Shown here: positions 12,938-27,587 of the stretch, piece after piece
Layout: the number at the start of each line of letters is the position of its first letter
Numbering within the stretch: the stretch's first letter is position 1
DNA from: Malacoraja senta
Taxonomy: Eukaryota
Assembly (NCBI GenBank): GCA_038087875.1
Contig: CM075999.1
Coordinates: 3,350,001-3,414,000, forward strand
DNA length: 64,000 nucleotides
Direction: 5' to 3'
The notes under the pieces: model-generated
Told to the model about the DNA's origin: nothing
Database searches by the model: none
Seen by the model: only the letters and a program-made list of their open reading frames with translations
Translations under genes and position numbers: made by a program

Positions 12938-15900
12938 TTCCAATCTATTTGTTGATGTTACATATTCCTGACTCTGTAACCTGGAACAACTTTCCCTGGC
13001 AAAGCATTCCCAATGTAGAATAGCTCATCCCATATCTTCCTGCAAGTTGCATCCCTCTCTTAACTTTCCATAACCATATGACCATAAGAATTAGCCTTTC
13101 AGCCCATCGAGTCTGCTCTATCTATCTATCATGGTTTATCTTTCCCTCTCAACCCCATTCTCCTGCCTTCTCCCCATAACCTTTGAATGATTCCCTTCCT
13201 AATCAAGAATCTGCCTTAAAAATACCAAATGACTTGGCCTCCACTGTAGCAATGCCTTCCACAGATTCACCACCCTCAGGCTAAATAAATTCCTCCTTCT
13301 CTCCTTTCTGCAGGTGCACACTTTTACTCTGAGGCTGTGCCCTCTGGTCCTAGACGCTCTCACTAGTGGAAGAGTCACTCTATCCACATCCACTCCATCC
13401 AGGTCTTTCACTATACGGTAACTTGGAGCAGAAGGAGTGGGAGAGGTGGGTACAAATCCTACATTGCCGGAGAGATGGGGAGGTTCTGAGAGGATGCAAA
13501 GAGGTTTAGCAGAATACTCTAGATTAGTGGGTATTGGCTACAACGAGAGGTTGGGCACATTTGGATTGTATCTCTCTGGAGTATTAGAATTTGAGTAGAT
13601 CTGCTAGTTTAGATTAGTTTAGAGATACAGCGTGGAAACAGGCCCTTCGGCCCACCGGGTCCCAAAGGGAGTAGTATATAGAATTACATGAGGCACAGAT
13701 AGAAAAAGGAGAAAAGCCATGCAGGTCACCAGGAGAACGTACAAATTCCATACAGACAGCACCCGTAGTCAGGATGGAACCCAGGTCTCTGGCGCTGTGA
13801 GGCAGCAACTCTACCGCTGAGCCATCGTGCCACCCTATTTATTAATCCTCGTTAGATTTTTCACTTGGTTCCCATCCAGATGCTATTTATTGAATTGAAT
13901 GACTGAAAGTTACAACAACAAGGAGTAGCCCTTCGGCCCATCCAGTCCACGCTGACCATCGATCACCCATTCACACTAGTTCTATGTTATCGCACTTTGC
14001 AAGGGTCAATGTACAGAGGCCAATTAACCTATAAACCCACAGGTCTTTCGAGAGTGCGGGAGGAAACCGGAGCACCCGGAGAAAACTCACGCAGGTGACA
14101 GGGAGAACGTACAAACTCCGTACAGACAGCACCCGTAGTCAGGATGGAACCCGGGTCTCTGGCGCTGTGAGGCAGCAACTCTACCGCTGCGCCACCGTGC
14201 CGCCCATTACATCAAACCTCGAGCATGATGAAATAGTCAAGGCTGTGTTTCTGGGAGATATTGTGTTAAAGGTTCACTTACAGTCACAGGTCAAATAATG
14301 CATATGTAACGTTCCTGCGACCATCTGAAATGAAAGCTGCCGCAGTGTAACATTAACCAGCGCTGTTTGTATACAGCAGGAAGAATGATGAGGGTCAGCT
14401 TGACTTAGTGTGAAAAAAGCCAACCTCCTGATTTGTATTCACATTAGGCCATGTTAGATTAGTTGTGGCCTCGCAGAATGTTCCAGGGGCTCAGACAGAT
14501 GTGTGAGTCTAACTTTGAACTCCTGCACTTCAAACTGAAATAAAAATCAAAACAACCCTACAGATATCATTTTAATTTAGACATTGGTCTATGGAGATAC
14601 AGTGCGGAAACAGGCCCTTTGGCCCACGAAGTCCGTGCTGACCACTGATCACCCGTACACTAGCACTAACACATACGTACACATAAAGAACAGACAACAA
14701 TAATAGTGCAATAATAACAATCCAAACCGTCACACAAACCAACCTCCCTTGCATTGACTCCATCTACACCTCACGCTGCCTCGGCAAGGCCAGCAGCATC
14801 ATCAAGGACCAATCACACCCCGGTCACTCCCTCTTCACCCTCTCCCATCAGGCAAGAGGTACAGAAGTGTGAAAACGAACACCTCCAGATTCAGTGAAAG
14901 TTTCTTCCCAGCTGTTATCAGGCAACTGAACCATCCTACCACAACCAGAGAGCAGTCCTGAACTACTATCTACCTCATTGGTGACCATCGGACTATCCTT
15001 GACTGGACTTTGCTGACTTTACCTAGCACTAAACATTATTCCCTAATCATGTATCTGTACACTGTGAATGGCTCGATTGTAATCATGTATTGTCTTTCCA
15101 CTGACTGGATAGCACGCAATAAAAGCTTTTCACTGTACCTCGGTACACGTGACAATAAACTACACTAAACTTTAGTGGAAGATAGACACAAAAAGCTGGA
15201 GTAACTCAGCGGGACAGGCAGCATCTCTGGAGAGAAGGAATAGGTGACGTTTCAGGTTGAGACCCTTCTTCAGACTGAAGAAGATGGAGTCAGACTGAAG
15301 AAGGGTCTCGACCTGAAACGTCACCAATTCCTTCTTGAGACTGAATTAAACCAATTCCTTCTTGAGACTGAATTCTTTACACTCTACCTATTCGACACCT
15401 ATTCCTTTCCTCCAGAGATGCTGGCTGACCAGTTTTTTAAGCTCAAGCCATATATCCGGGTGCATCACAGTTTGCTTTGGGAACAACTCCATCCAAGACC
15501 GCAAGAAATTGCAAAGAGTAGTGGATGCAGCCCAGACCATCGCACAGACCAGGTTTTTTGTGTCTATCGTCGGTTTAAACCAGCATCTGCGGTCCCTTCC
15601 TACACACATTAGTGGAAGTTGCTGCTGGATCCTTGAGAGAAAATATGATTCAATGCAAATACCACAGGCTCGCTCTGGGGCACAGTGACGTTGGTGGATC
15701 ATGGCGCACCAGACTCCCTGTCAAGCCACATCATCACGTCAGCTTTGACAGATGGAATCAGCCAGCCTTGTCCTCTCCAGAGTTGCAACTGATTTCCCTG
15801 CGTAAACGTAATAACCTATTGATTTTTCTCATTAAGTTTAATGATAAAAGTAGCCCGCAAGAGAAATATAGAACATTCCTCAGTGTTGCTGGCATATAAA

Positions 15901-16734
15901 TTAATCGCTAAAATGTCTTTTTCGAAAATAGCCCGCACTGCTTCCCAACTAAAACAGGCAAACAGAAACAGTTCTCTGTGACATTAATTCCCTAACTGAG
16001 GTTACAGAATTCTCTTTTAATTCATGCAGCCTTGAGTTATGGAAGGTGTCAGCAACAGCAACCAGAGAGCACAGCAGAGAACAGTGCTGAGCTGAAGATA
16101 GACACAAGAAGCTGGAGTAACTCAGCGGGTCAGACAGCATCTCTGGTGAGAAGGAAAGGGTGACATTCTGGGCGAGACAGGCCTGAAACATCACCCTTGC
16201 CTTCTCTCCAGAGATGCTGCCTGCCCCGCTGAGTTACTCCAGCATTTTGTGTCTATCTTCGGTTTAAACCAGCACCTGCAGTTCATCCCTACACATTACT
16301 ATCCACCTCATTGATGACCCTCAGACCGTCCTTGATCGGACTTTGCTGGCTTCACCTTGCACTAAACGTTATTCCCTTATCATGTATCTGTACACTGTAA
16401 ATGGGTCGATTGTAACCATGTATTGTCTTTCCGCTGACTGGTTAGCATGCAACACAAAGCTTTTCCCTGTACCTCGGTACACGTGACAATAAACTAAACT
16501 GAACTGTCTTACGGAGCTAACATCTAAATTAACATTAACTTCTCGCTGAGGGAAAAGGTGAGATGAGATTTGGAGGGAGAAGTCATTGGAGGTATTTGTT
16601 CATGAAAACATCAATGTGCGTAGGCTGGGACAAATTAACTGGCCCCATATTGTAAGTTCATAATAATTCTATTGTCAGCTAAACATCTTTATTACGTTTT
16701 CATGAGTACTTTGGGATGGCACGGTACTGCCTTG

Positions 16735-17247
16735 AGGGGCTGTCCCACTTGGGCGACCTAATCCGCGAGTTCTGGCGAGTTTGCCCTCGACTCATACTCG
16801 CAGCATGGTCGACACGAGGTCATAGGAGGCCTTTGTAACTCTCCTTCATGCTCGAGAGTAGTCTCCGCGTACTCGAGGCCTCAGTTAGGTCGCGGCGTAT
16901 TTTTCAACATGTTGAAAAATGCCCGCGAGTAAAAATAGATCGCCATGGAAAAAATCGATACTTGTTTTACTCGTAGGTTTAGTCGTAGTAGGTCGTAGTA
17001 GGTCGGCATGTTAGTCGTAGGTAATCGAGGGTAGTCGAAGGTAGTCGTAGATAGTCTTCAACATAGTCGAAGGGAGGTCGAAGGAGGTCGAAGGAGGTCG
17101 TCTTCACTCTCCACTATACGGTGTCCAATTTTCCCGAAGTTAGTCGTAGTTAGCCGTAGCTAGTCGAAGGAGGTCTTCAACATGTCATTTTTTCAAACTC
17201 TTCTAAACTCGCCAGTTAGGTCGCCCCTTTCCAGCGGGACAGCCCCT
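16735..17247. mobile_element. MITE related to the 34471 element, inserted in a SINE head
   Basis: TIR AGGGGCTGTCCCACTTGGGCGACCTAA ... TTAGGTCGCCC(..)GCGGGACAGCCCCT; CpG-rich interior with GTCGTAG/GTCGAAG repeats. Confidence 0.65.
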
Positions 17248-19387
17248 TTCCAGCGCCACAGACTGATCTGTTGAACTTGAATTGCCTTTGAGCGGGCTTG
17301 AGTGCTGTCCGTGTGGAGTTTGCATGTTTTCCCTGTGACCCTGTGGGTTTCCTCCAGGTGCATTTGGGATTTAGTTTAGTTTAGAGATACAGTGCGAAAA
17401 CAGGCCCTTCGGCCCATCGAGTCCGCGCCGGGCACTTCTACAAGCACCAGGGACAATTTTAGATTATTTTTTTCCACACGCCAACATGCCAGCACGTGCA
17501 AACTCCGTACGGACAGCACCTGTAGTCAGGATCGAACCCGGGTCTCTGGCGCTGTGAGGCAGCAACTCTACCGCTGCGCCACCGTGCCGCATCTACGCAG
17601 CATCTATTTCGTTCCTGGGTATTCGACTTGCTGAACCAAGCCCTGATGCCAACAGTTAATATGAAAATATATTTACAGAATTCAAAGCAGAAACTTGTGG
17701 CCCCGTTGTTACTTACCAGTCTGTGCACGACAGTGATTGCAGAAAATTCCCCTCCGTTTCATAGAAACATAGACAATAGGTGCAGGAGTAGGCCATTCAG
17801 CCCTTTGAGCCAGCACCGCCATTCAATATGATCATGGCTGATCATCCAACTCAGTATCCCATACCTGCCTTCTCCCCATATCGCTTGATTCCGTTAGCCC
17901 TAAGAGCTAAATCTAACTCCTTCCTTTCTGGGCTAATTGGCTTCGGAAAAATTGTACATTGCCCTTAGTGTGTGTGTAGGATAGTTCATAAGTGAGATGA
18001 CCAGAATGAGGCCATTCGGCCCATCAAGCTTTCTCCGCCATTCAATCATGGTTGATCTATCTCTCCTTGTCAACCCCATTCTCCTGCCTTCTCCCCACAA
18101 ACCCTGACACCCGTACTAATGAAGAATCTGCCTATCTTTGCCTTAAAAATATCCATTGACTTGGCCTCCACAGCCGTCTGTGGCAAAGAATTCCACAGAT
18201 TCACCACCCTCTGACTAAAGAAATTATCCCTCCCCATCTCCTTCCTAAAGGAACGTCCTTTAATTCTAAGGCTGCGATCTGTGAATGCTGTTGATTAAAG
18301 GATTTGGTTCGGGGAACAGGTTCTAAGTTTGAGTTGGGTTTAGTGAGTTTATAAATAGCTCTGTCTGATAACAGCAAGGGGGAGAATTCAATGCCGCATC
18401 CTGAGGAGCCATGGATTCTTTGTTTTGATTTCTGTATGAAATCTATTTCATGAACTCTGGTCAACTCTGTAATACAGAAAATATGTTCCTAAATAACTTT
18501 AACCTATGTAAAAGATTGTGTTTAAGAAAGAACTGCAGATGCTGGAAAAATCGAAGGTAGACAAAAATGCTGGAGAAACTCAGCGGGTGAGGCAGCATCT
18601 ATGGAGCGAAGGAATAGGTGACATTTCAGGTCGAGACCCTTCTTCAGACTGATGTGGGGGTGGATAGGGGGGGGGTCGGGAAGAAGAAAGGAAGAGGCAG
18701 AGACAGTGGGCTGTGGGAGAGCTGGGAAGGGGAGGGGAAGGAGGGAGAAATCAAGGACTACCTGAAATTGGAGAAGTCAATGTTCATACCGCTGGGGTAT
18801 GAAGATTGTGTGCAGCTCATGTCCACAATCTGGGCGGTTACGGTGGTGCAGCGGTAGAGTTGCTGCCTTACAGCGAATGCAGCGCCAGAGACCCGGGTTC
18901 AATCCCGACTATGGGCGCTGTCTGTACGGAGTTTGTACATTCTCCCCGTGACCTGCGTGGATTTTCTCCGGGATCTTCGGTTTCCTCCCACATTTCAAAG
19001 ACGTACAGGTTTGTAGGTTAATTGGCTTGGTGTAAATTAGGTATGTTACAATACTTGCCTTCAGCGGCGCTGTAATTCTGTCACTGGCCGTGTGCGCGAT
19101 TTTGGCGCCTTTAAGGGGGGGCGGGGTTAAAGCGCGGGTTTCTCCTCCCTTGTCCTGAATTATACTTTGTTGGAGTACCAGCCTCTGTGGAAGAAGCGTT
19201 CCGAGTGCCGTTTTGCGTAGTTTGTTTTAAAAATCTCCCAACAAGTTCAGCGTTGGAATCATTTTAAAATCATCTTCTGAAGCGTCAACGCCAACAACGG
19301 GGACGGATTTCACACAAGGGAAAGGTAAACGAAAGTGCTTTATTTTAATGTATAAATGTTCTCCTTAAGAGGCCTTTAATTCACATT

Positions 19388-19587
19388 NNNNNNNNNNNNN
19401 NNNNNNNNNNNNNNNNNNNNNNNNNNNNNNNNNNNNNNNNNNNNNNNNNNNNNNNNNNNNNNNNNNNNNNNNNNNNNNNNNNNNNNNNNNNNNNNNNNNN
19501 NNNNNNNNNNNNNNNNNNNNNNNNNNNNNNNNNNNNNNNNNNNNNNNNNNNNNNNNNNNNNNNNNNNNNNNNNNNNNNNNNNNNNNN
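19388..19587. other. Assembly gap (200 N)
   Basis: Run of N; true size and contiguity unknown. Confidence 1.
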
Positions 19588-21629
19588 CAAATCATGTCCT
19601 CTTGGTTTGAATCTTCCCTACTCTCAAGGAAAAAGCTTATCCACGTCAACTCTGTCTATCCCTCTCATAATTTTAAAGACCTCTATCAAGTCCCCCCCTA
19701 AACCTTCTGCGCTCCAAAGAATAAAGACCTATCTTGTTCAACCTTTCTCTGTAACTTAGGTGCTGAAACCCAGGCAACATTCTAGTAAATTCTCCTCTGT
19801 ACTCTCTCTATTTTGTTGACATCTTTCCTATAATTCCTGGAACCCCATCTCCCGCTTTCTCCCCATAACCTCTGATGCCTTTACTAATCAGGAACCTATC
19901 AATCTCCGCTTTTGAAATGTCCTAATCCAGTCACTGTAATTGAGTCCAGATCTCCAAACTCCAGTTTGCCGGTTGCCAGGTCCTAGGCTATCGGTCCACA
20001 CCTCTACACATAACCTCATCTCTGTGCCAACACAATACTCAACATCCTGTGTCAACTCAGAGTTGAACTCAAGATGTCTTCAAGTATTTGGAGCTGAGGG
20101 TTGATGCCTGAAATTATATATATATAGTATAAACTTTACAAATTAAACATTATCCCCTCATGTTCTTGTCATTTAGTGATGGATAAATTGGCTGCTTCCC
20201 TGAAGAGAAAAGGAAATCTTTGTAAGAATTGTGGAATTCTTTAAGCTGTAAGATTATCGTTTCTGGTGGGGAGTTAATCTTCATGCAATAAAGTTCTGAG
20301 TTTTAGAAACTCAAAATTAAACTTCATTTGAACCCTAGAATCTCGCTGCCAGTAGAGTGCTTTCCAGGTGAGGGCTGTGGAAGAATGTTGGTGCGAAGGC
20401 TTAGGATGTTCGGCATGTCCCCGACAATTCTCACCAACGTCTACAGATGAGCCGCAGGAAGCATCCTAACGGGATGCATCACGGTTTGGGAGCAGCTCCA
20501 TCCATCCAAGACCGCAAGAAATTGCAGCGAATTGTGGACGCAGCCCAGACCGTCGCACAAACCAACCTCCCTTCCACCGACTCCATCTACACCTCACGCT
20601 GCCTCGGCAAGGCCAGCAGCATCATCAAGGACCAGTCTCACCCCGGCCACTCCCTCTTCTCCCCTCTCCCATCGGGCAAGAGGTACAGAAGTGTGAAAAC
20701 AAACGCACACACCTCCAGATTCAGGGACAGTTTCTTCCCAGCTGTTATCAGGCAACTCTCATCAGCTAGAGAGTGGTCCTGACCTCCCATCAACCTCATT
20801 GAGAGCTTTGAACTATCTTTAATCAGAATTTACTGGACTTTAATGTTAGATCTTGCGTTAACGTTCTACCCTTTATCCTTTATACGTGCCCTGCAGGCAA
20901 CTTGAATGAATGCATGTCTAGTCTTTTCTCCGACTCGATAAGGTGCAAATAAAAGGTTTCCACTGTATCTCGGCACGGTGGCGCAGTGGGCAGAGTTGCT
21001 GTCTTACAACGAAGAGACCCAGGATCGAATCTGACTACGGGTGCTGTCCGGACAAAGTTTGTACGTTCTCCCTGGGACCACGTGGGTTTCCCCTGGATGC
21101 TCTGGTTTCCTCCCACATCCCAAAGACGTACAGGTTTGTAGGTTAATTGCCTTGTGCATAGGATCCCCAGTGTGTCGGATAGAACTGGTGTACGGGCGAT
21201 CGTTGGTCAGCGTGGTCTCAGTGGGCCAAAGAGGGCCTGTTTCCACACTGTGGCTCTAAACTACAAAAGCAACGATAATAAACTAAACTTACATGCACAT
21301 CCCAAACGCTCTTGAATGGCAACATGTTAATGACCAGGTCATTAGTTTTCATGTATATAGTCTCTCCGCTGACTGGATAGCATGCAACAGAAACTACTTC
21401 AATCTACTTCGGAACACGTGACTATAATAAGCTAACTATAGAAAGAACTTCAATATTATTCCTGGAGACTCAGCCTAACTGCAGATGATGGAATCCGGCG
21501 TAGAACACAGAGTGCTGGAGTAACTCAGCGGGTCAGGCAGCATCTGTGGAGAACATGGATAGGTGACGTTTTGGGTCGTAACCCTTCTTCATACTCTCTC
21601 GAAACAACCTCTCGAAACGTCCCAACCCA

Positions 21630-22140
21630 AAACGTCACCTATCCATGTTCTCCACAGATGCTGCCTGACCCGCTGAGTTACTCCAGCACTCTGTGAAACG
21701 TCACCTATCCATGTTCTCCACAGATGCTGCCTTGACCGCTGAGTTACTCTGGCACAGTGTACTTCTGTGCTTTGTAAGCTATACGGAACACACTATAAAT
21801 GATAAGGTAGACCAAAATGCTGGAAAAACTCAGCGGGTGCGGCAGCATCTATGGAGCGAAGGAAATAGGCAACGTTTCGGCCCGAAACCCTTTCGGGTTT
21901 CGGCCCGAAACGTTGCCTATTTCCTTCAGGGTTTCGGCCCGAAAGGTTGCCCATTTCCTTCGCTCCACAGATGCTGCCTGACCCGCTGAGTTACTCCAGC
22001 ACTCTGTGAAACGTCACCTATCCATGTTCTCCACAGATGCTGCCTGACCCGCTGAGTTACTCCAGCACTCTGTGAAACGTCACCTATCCATGTTCTCCAC
22101 AGATGCTGCCTGGCCCGCTGAGTTACTCCAGCACTCTGTG
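21630..22140 (+). repeat. 66-bp tandem array with the same cassette
   Basis: ~2 units, short interruption, cassette 21841-21978, then ~2.7 units; an inverted unit lies just upstream (~21505-21572). Confidence 0.9.
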
Positions 22141-24154
22141 TCCTTTTGTGTAAACCGGCACCAGTAAGTACTGTGGTTTCATTGTTTTTACTGAGTGATT
22201 CAATCTAAAATTGAACAGCGGTAAGCTCATAACCAAAGCACATTTTACACAGAAGTGATTAGATATTCTCCACGGGACTTGGCAACGCTGGACTCTAGCT
22301 GAAAACACAATGAAAGAATGGACTATTTTGTACGAGTTGAATGTTAGCATCACGTTTGGCTGAGGGTCTGGGTTGGACCAGAAGTGGATAGACTCTGCCA
22401 TCCTGTCCTTGCAAGAACAATTAAGACTTTAACTATTTAGTCAGCCTATTATATGAGCCCTCGACAGCCAATTAAGTTTAGTTTAGTTTGGAGATACAGC
22501 GTGGAAACAGGCCCTTCAGCCCACCGAGTCCGTGCCGACCACGATCACCCCGTACACTAGCATTATCCTACACACGAGGGACAATTTACAATTTTACCAA
22601 ACCATTCAGCCTACAAACCTGTACGTTTTGGAGTGTGAGAGGAAACTGGAGCACCTGGAGAAAACCCACGCAGGTCACGGGAGAAGGTACAAACTCTATA
22701 CAGTCACACACCCATAGTTAGGGTTGAACCCGGGTCACTGGCGCTGTGAGGCCACAATGACTTGTGTTTTACTGTCACCATTCTGTCCGCAGGGAGATGG
22801 GGGGCATCAAGGCTACATGATGAACTGCGGTCTTGCTCATCTGAGGAAGGGTCTTGACACGAAACGTTACCCATTCCTTCTCTCCGGAGATGCTGCCTGT
22901 CCCGCTGGGTTACTCCAGCATTTTGTGTCTGTCTTCGGTTTAAACCAGCATCTGCAGTTCCTTCCTACAGCATTTCACCTGTCTTGTTCCATTCTACTGG
23001 TTTGCACTCATCATTGTCTTCACTGGTGTACAGAAGCTTTGCCTCTTACGCATATTTGATTTATGCATTTATGAAATATCGCACTTATTCGTTTAGTATC
23101 AAAGGCTTGATTTACATGCTGGTATTTTTGTATTAACCAGCTGTTATCAGGCAACTGAACCATCCCTACCAACAACTAGAGAGCAGTGCTGAACAATCTA
23201 CCTCATTGGAGACCCTTGGACCATCTTTGATCCAACGCAATTGGTTTTATCTTGTGGTTTTATTCACGTGATTCCATTTATCCATGTATCTGTAACACTT
23301 ATGGTTGGCTCGATTGTAACCAGTCTTTCCGCTGATTGGTTAGCACGCGTAAAAGCTTTTCACTGTACCTCAGTACACGACAACAAACTAAACTAACTAA
23401 CTCGCTCAAATTTACTGCTTGACAGCGTAGTGGCACTTGTTTAATTCCCTGCTGCTTTTCAAGCATGTAACCCTTGTGTAACTCGTGGAATGCCTGTATT
23501 CATCATTACTACAGGTATACTGTGTCTCTTCCCAATATACACGGTTCAATCTTCGTATAAACACTGGGTATAAAATCATGAGAGGAATAGATCGGGTAAG
23601 ACGCACAGAGTCTCTTGCCCAGAGTTGGTCAATCGAGGACCAGAGGACATGGGTTCAAGGTGAAGGGGAAAAGATTTAATAGGAACTTGAGGGCTAACTT
23701 TTTCACACTAAGGGTGGTGGGTGTATGGAACAAGCTGCCGGGAGGAGGTAGTTGAGGCTGGGAATATCCCACTGTTTAAGAAATAAACAGGTACATGGAT
23801 AGGACAGGTTTGGAGGGATATGGACCAAACGCAGGCAGGTGGCTACTAGTGTAGATGGGATATGTTGGCCGTGTGGGCAAGTTGGGCCGAAGGGCCTGTT
23901 TCCACTGTATCAGTCTTTGACTCTAATTTCAGCATTAGTTCATGTGGATTTTGGATTTCCAACATTGGGAAAATTTGCCTTTGTGATGATCTTTGGAGTT
24001 CTTTTCCAAAATAAGCAAGGTAACAGTGCCCTTAACACAATGGGATAACATGTGAATTATTCAAAGGCATCTCAGACTCTGGACTCATGGAACCTTATCA
24101 AAGGATGACAGGACAGTAAGGAATATTAATCACCCTTTTACTTAAAATCTCTGC

Positions 24155-24166
24155 TCACTCTCTCTT

Positions 24167-24241
<75 letters not shown>

Positions 24242-24242
24242 T

Positions 24243-24322
<80 letters not shown>

Positions 24323-24417
24323 CCCTCTCTCTCTCTCTCTCTCTATCTATCTCTCTCTCTATCTATCTCTCTCTATCTCTCTCTCTCTCCCTCTCCTCTC
24401 TCTCTCACACACACACT

Positions 24418-24449
<32 letters not shown>

Positions 24450-24459
24450 TCTCTCTATA

Positions 24460-24493
<34 letters not shown>

Positions 24494-24731
24494 TCTCTCT
24501 TATCTCTCTTCTCTCTCTCTCTCACACACTCTCTCTCTCTCTCACACACACTCTCTCTCGTCTCTCTCTCTCTCTCTTCTTTTCTCTCTCTCCTCCCTCT
24601 CTCTCTCATCTCTCTCTCTCTCTCTCTCTCACACACTCTCTCTCTCTCTCTCTACACACTCTCTCTCTCTCTCTGTCTCTCTCTATCAGTCTCTCTTGTC
24701 TCTCTCTCTCACTCTCTTCTTTTCTCTCTCA

Positions 24732-24779
<48 letters not shown>

Positions 24780-24808
24780 CTCTCTCTCGTCTCTCTCTCT
24801 CTCTCTCT

Positions 24809-24861
<53 letters not shown>

Positions 24862-24915
24862 TCTCTCTCTCTCGTCTCTCGCTTTCTCCTCCCTCCCTCT
24901 CTCTCCTTCCTCCCC
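24155..24915. repeat. (CT)n-rich polypyrimidine microsatellite
   Basis: Direct inspection. Confidence 0.98.
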
Positions 24916-27587
24916 CTCTGTCGATGGTACAGTTCCACAGAACACAAGTTTAAGTTGACACTTCAGTTCTCCAATGTCGTTGGCTCCAAGCGAACAAGAT
25001 CAATTCTTGTTTCAGATTGCTGAGTGTGATGTTGTGGTAACAAGGCACAGTTAGTCACATTGCTAGTCCCAGGACATACAATAACCAAGCCCTCGCGTTC
25101 AACTCTCCCCTTGGCAACTGAGGATTTAACTGAGGTAATTAAAAACATCTGGAATGGGAAACCACTATCAGTAATCGTGATCTAAAACAAGAAGATTATC
25201 ATTTAAAAAACAAAGATCTGGTTGTAAGAGCATGAGATCATAATCGTGGCACATAGGAGCAGAATTAGGCCATTCGGCCCATCGTGTCTGCTCCACGTTC
25301 CGATCATGGCTCTTGTATACATGATGCCCAACCCAGGTGACTTTATGCGTGCTGGTCCCAGAAGTGTTCAGTTCAGTTTATCGTCATGTTGTATGGAGGT
25401 ACAGTGAAAAGCTTTTGCTGCGTACTATCCAGTCAGCGGAAAGACAAACACACGACAACACAAGTGGATCTGCAATCACTCCTTACACTAGACAATAGAC
25501 AATAGGTGCAGGAGTAGGCCATTCGGCCCTTCGAGCCACACCGCCCCCCCCTCCCCACCCCCCCTTCGAGCCAGCCCGCCATCAATGTGATCATGGGCTG
25601 ATCATTACAATAGCTCCACTCTTTAAACCTCTACTCCAACAGCAACATATCATACACTGTGGACGCTCGATTGTAATCATGTATCGTCTTCCCATTGACT
25701 GGTTAGCATGCAACTAACTAAATTAAATGAAACCTAAAATGACTGATCTATCTTTCCCATCCCCCCCTCTCCTGTAACTAACGCCTTTGCTAATCAACAA
25801 CCTGCCGATCTCCACTCCAAACACCCCCAATGACTTTAGACTTTGGAGATACAATGTATGAACAGGCCCTTCAGCCCACTGGGTCCACACTGACCAGCCA
25901 TCACCCGTACACTAATTCCATAGCAGCAATTTTTTTTAATGTCTCAATCATTAAATGTACTATAAATAAAACAAGTATTTATTTATTTACTGGAAGATCT
26001 TTTCTCCTGAGATTGCAAAACTTGCTCGGATTAAATGAGTACGCCTTGAGACTGATTATATGAACAGGACATGTGCATTCAATGCTGTTTCATGTCCGCT
26101 GTCCCTTACCTTATTCCCCTTGAGCTCCCACTTCTGAGGAACCACACTCACCTTCCACAAACCACAACTCACACCCGCATCTTGTTTCCATGGCAGCACG
26201 GTGACGCAGCGGTACCTCACGGTGCCAGAGACCCGGGTTCGATCCTGACTACGGGTGCTGTCTGTACGGAGTTTGCACGTTCTCCCCGTGACCTGCGTGG
26301 GTTTTCTCCGGGTGCTCCGGTTTCCTCCCACACTCCAAAGACGTGCATGTTTGTAGGTGAATTGGCTTCGGTAAAATTGTAAATTATCTATAGGGTGTGT
26401 AGGATGGAGCTAGTGTGGGGGGATCACTGGTCGGCGCGGACTCAGTGGGCCGATGGGCCTGTTTCCGCTCTGTATCTCTAAACTAATCTAAGCAGCAGCT
26501 ACAGAGGGGCCTACAATGGTTAGACTGAAGATAGACACAGAATGCTGGAGTAACTCAGCGGGACAGGCAGCATCTCAGGAGAAAAGGAATGGGTAACGTT
26601 CCGGGTCTAGACCCTTCAGATCGGAAGAAGGGTCTCAACCCAAAACGTCATCCATTCCTTCTCACCAGAGATGCTGCCTGTCCCGCTGAGTTACTCCAGC
26701 ACGCTGTGCCTATCTTCAGTGAAAACCAGCACCTGCAGTTTCTTCCTACACATAAAGTACCATTGAACCGTTCCACCCAAAACATCACCTATCCATGTTC
26801 TCCACAGATGCTGCCTGACCCACTGAGTTACTCCAGCACTCTGTGAAACCCACCTATACATGTGCTCCACAGATGCTGCCTGACCTGCTGAGTTACTCCA
26901 GCAGTCTGCATTATTCATACAGGTTTATCACTGACCAGTTTGCATTTAACACAAAGTGCTTCCCGACGCCATTACTGGGGATCATTTCTCAGGCATTTAC
27001 CTCAATAAAGTTCAACAACACAACTATTTTATTCATACACCCTGTGCAGGATATATTAATTATTTTCTTGTTGCACAGTCCCCTCTCCTCCACACTAACA
27101 GTATTGTGCAGTTCAAGAACATGACTCATATATTACATATCATTCGCTGTACGTCAGCCTTTCCTGAAAATGTCATTAATGCTGAAGTTTCAGCAGCTTG
27201 TCACCAAACCCAATATTTTTGGAATGCCATCAACTAATTATCAACTATTATTAGACTCTCAGGACCATACAGCAATAGACAGGCCCTTCGGCCCATCATG
27301 CCCATCCCCAGCCCATCACAGATACTGACCTACTCCCCATTGAAGAGATCTATAGGAGGCAGCCAGCATCGTCAGAGACCCACACCACCCTGGCCACACT
27401 CTCATCTCACCCCTGCCATCGGGAGGAAGGTACAGGAGCCTGAAAACTGTAACGTCCAGGTTCAGGAACAGCTTCTTCCCTACAGCCATCAGGCTATTAA
27501 ACAGGACAACCTCCAAATAAGCTCCAAACTACATAGACTTTGGGGCATTGGGTTGTATTTTTGCACTATTATTGTTTGTTTGTTTTC

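Noticed and set aside
24373..24953. Glu/Arg- and Ser/Leu-rich ORFs (also 44121-44802)
   Set aside because: Translations of CT/GA microsatellites.
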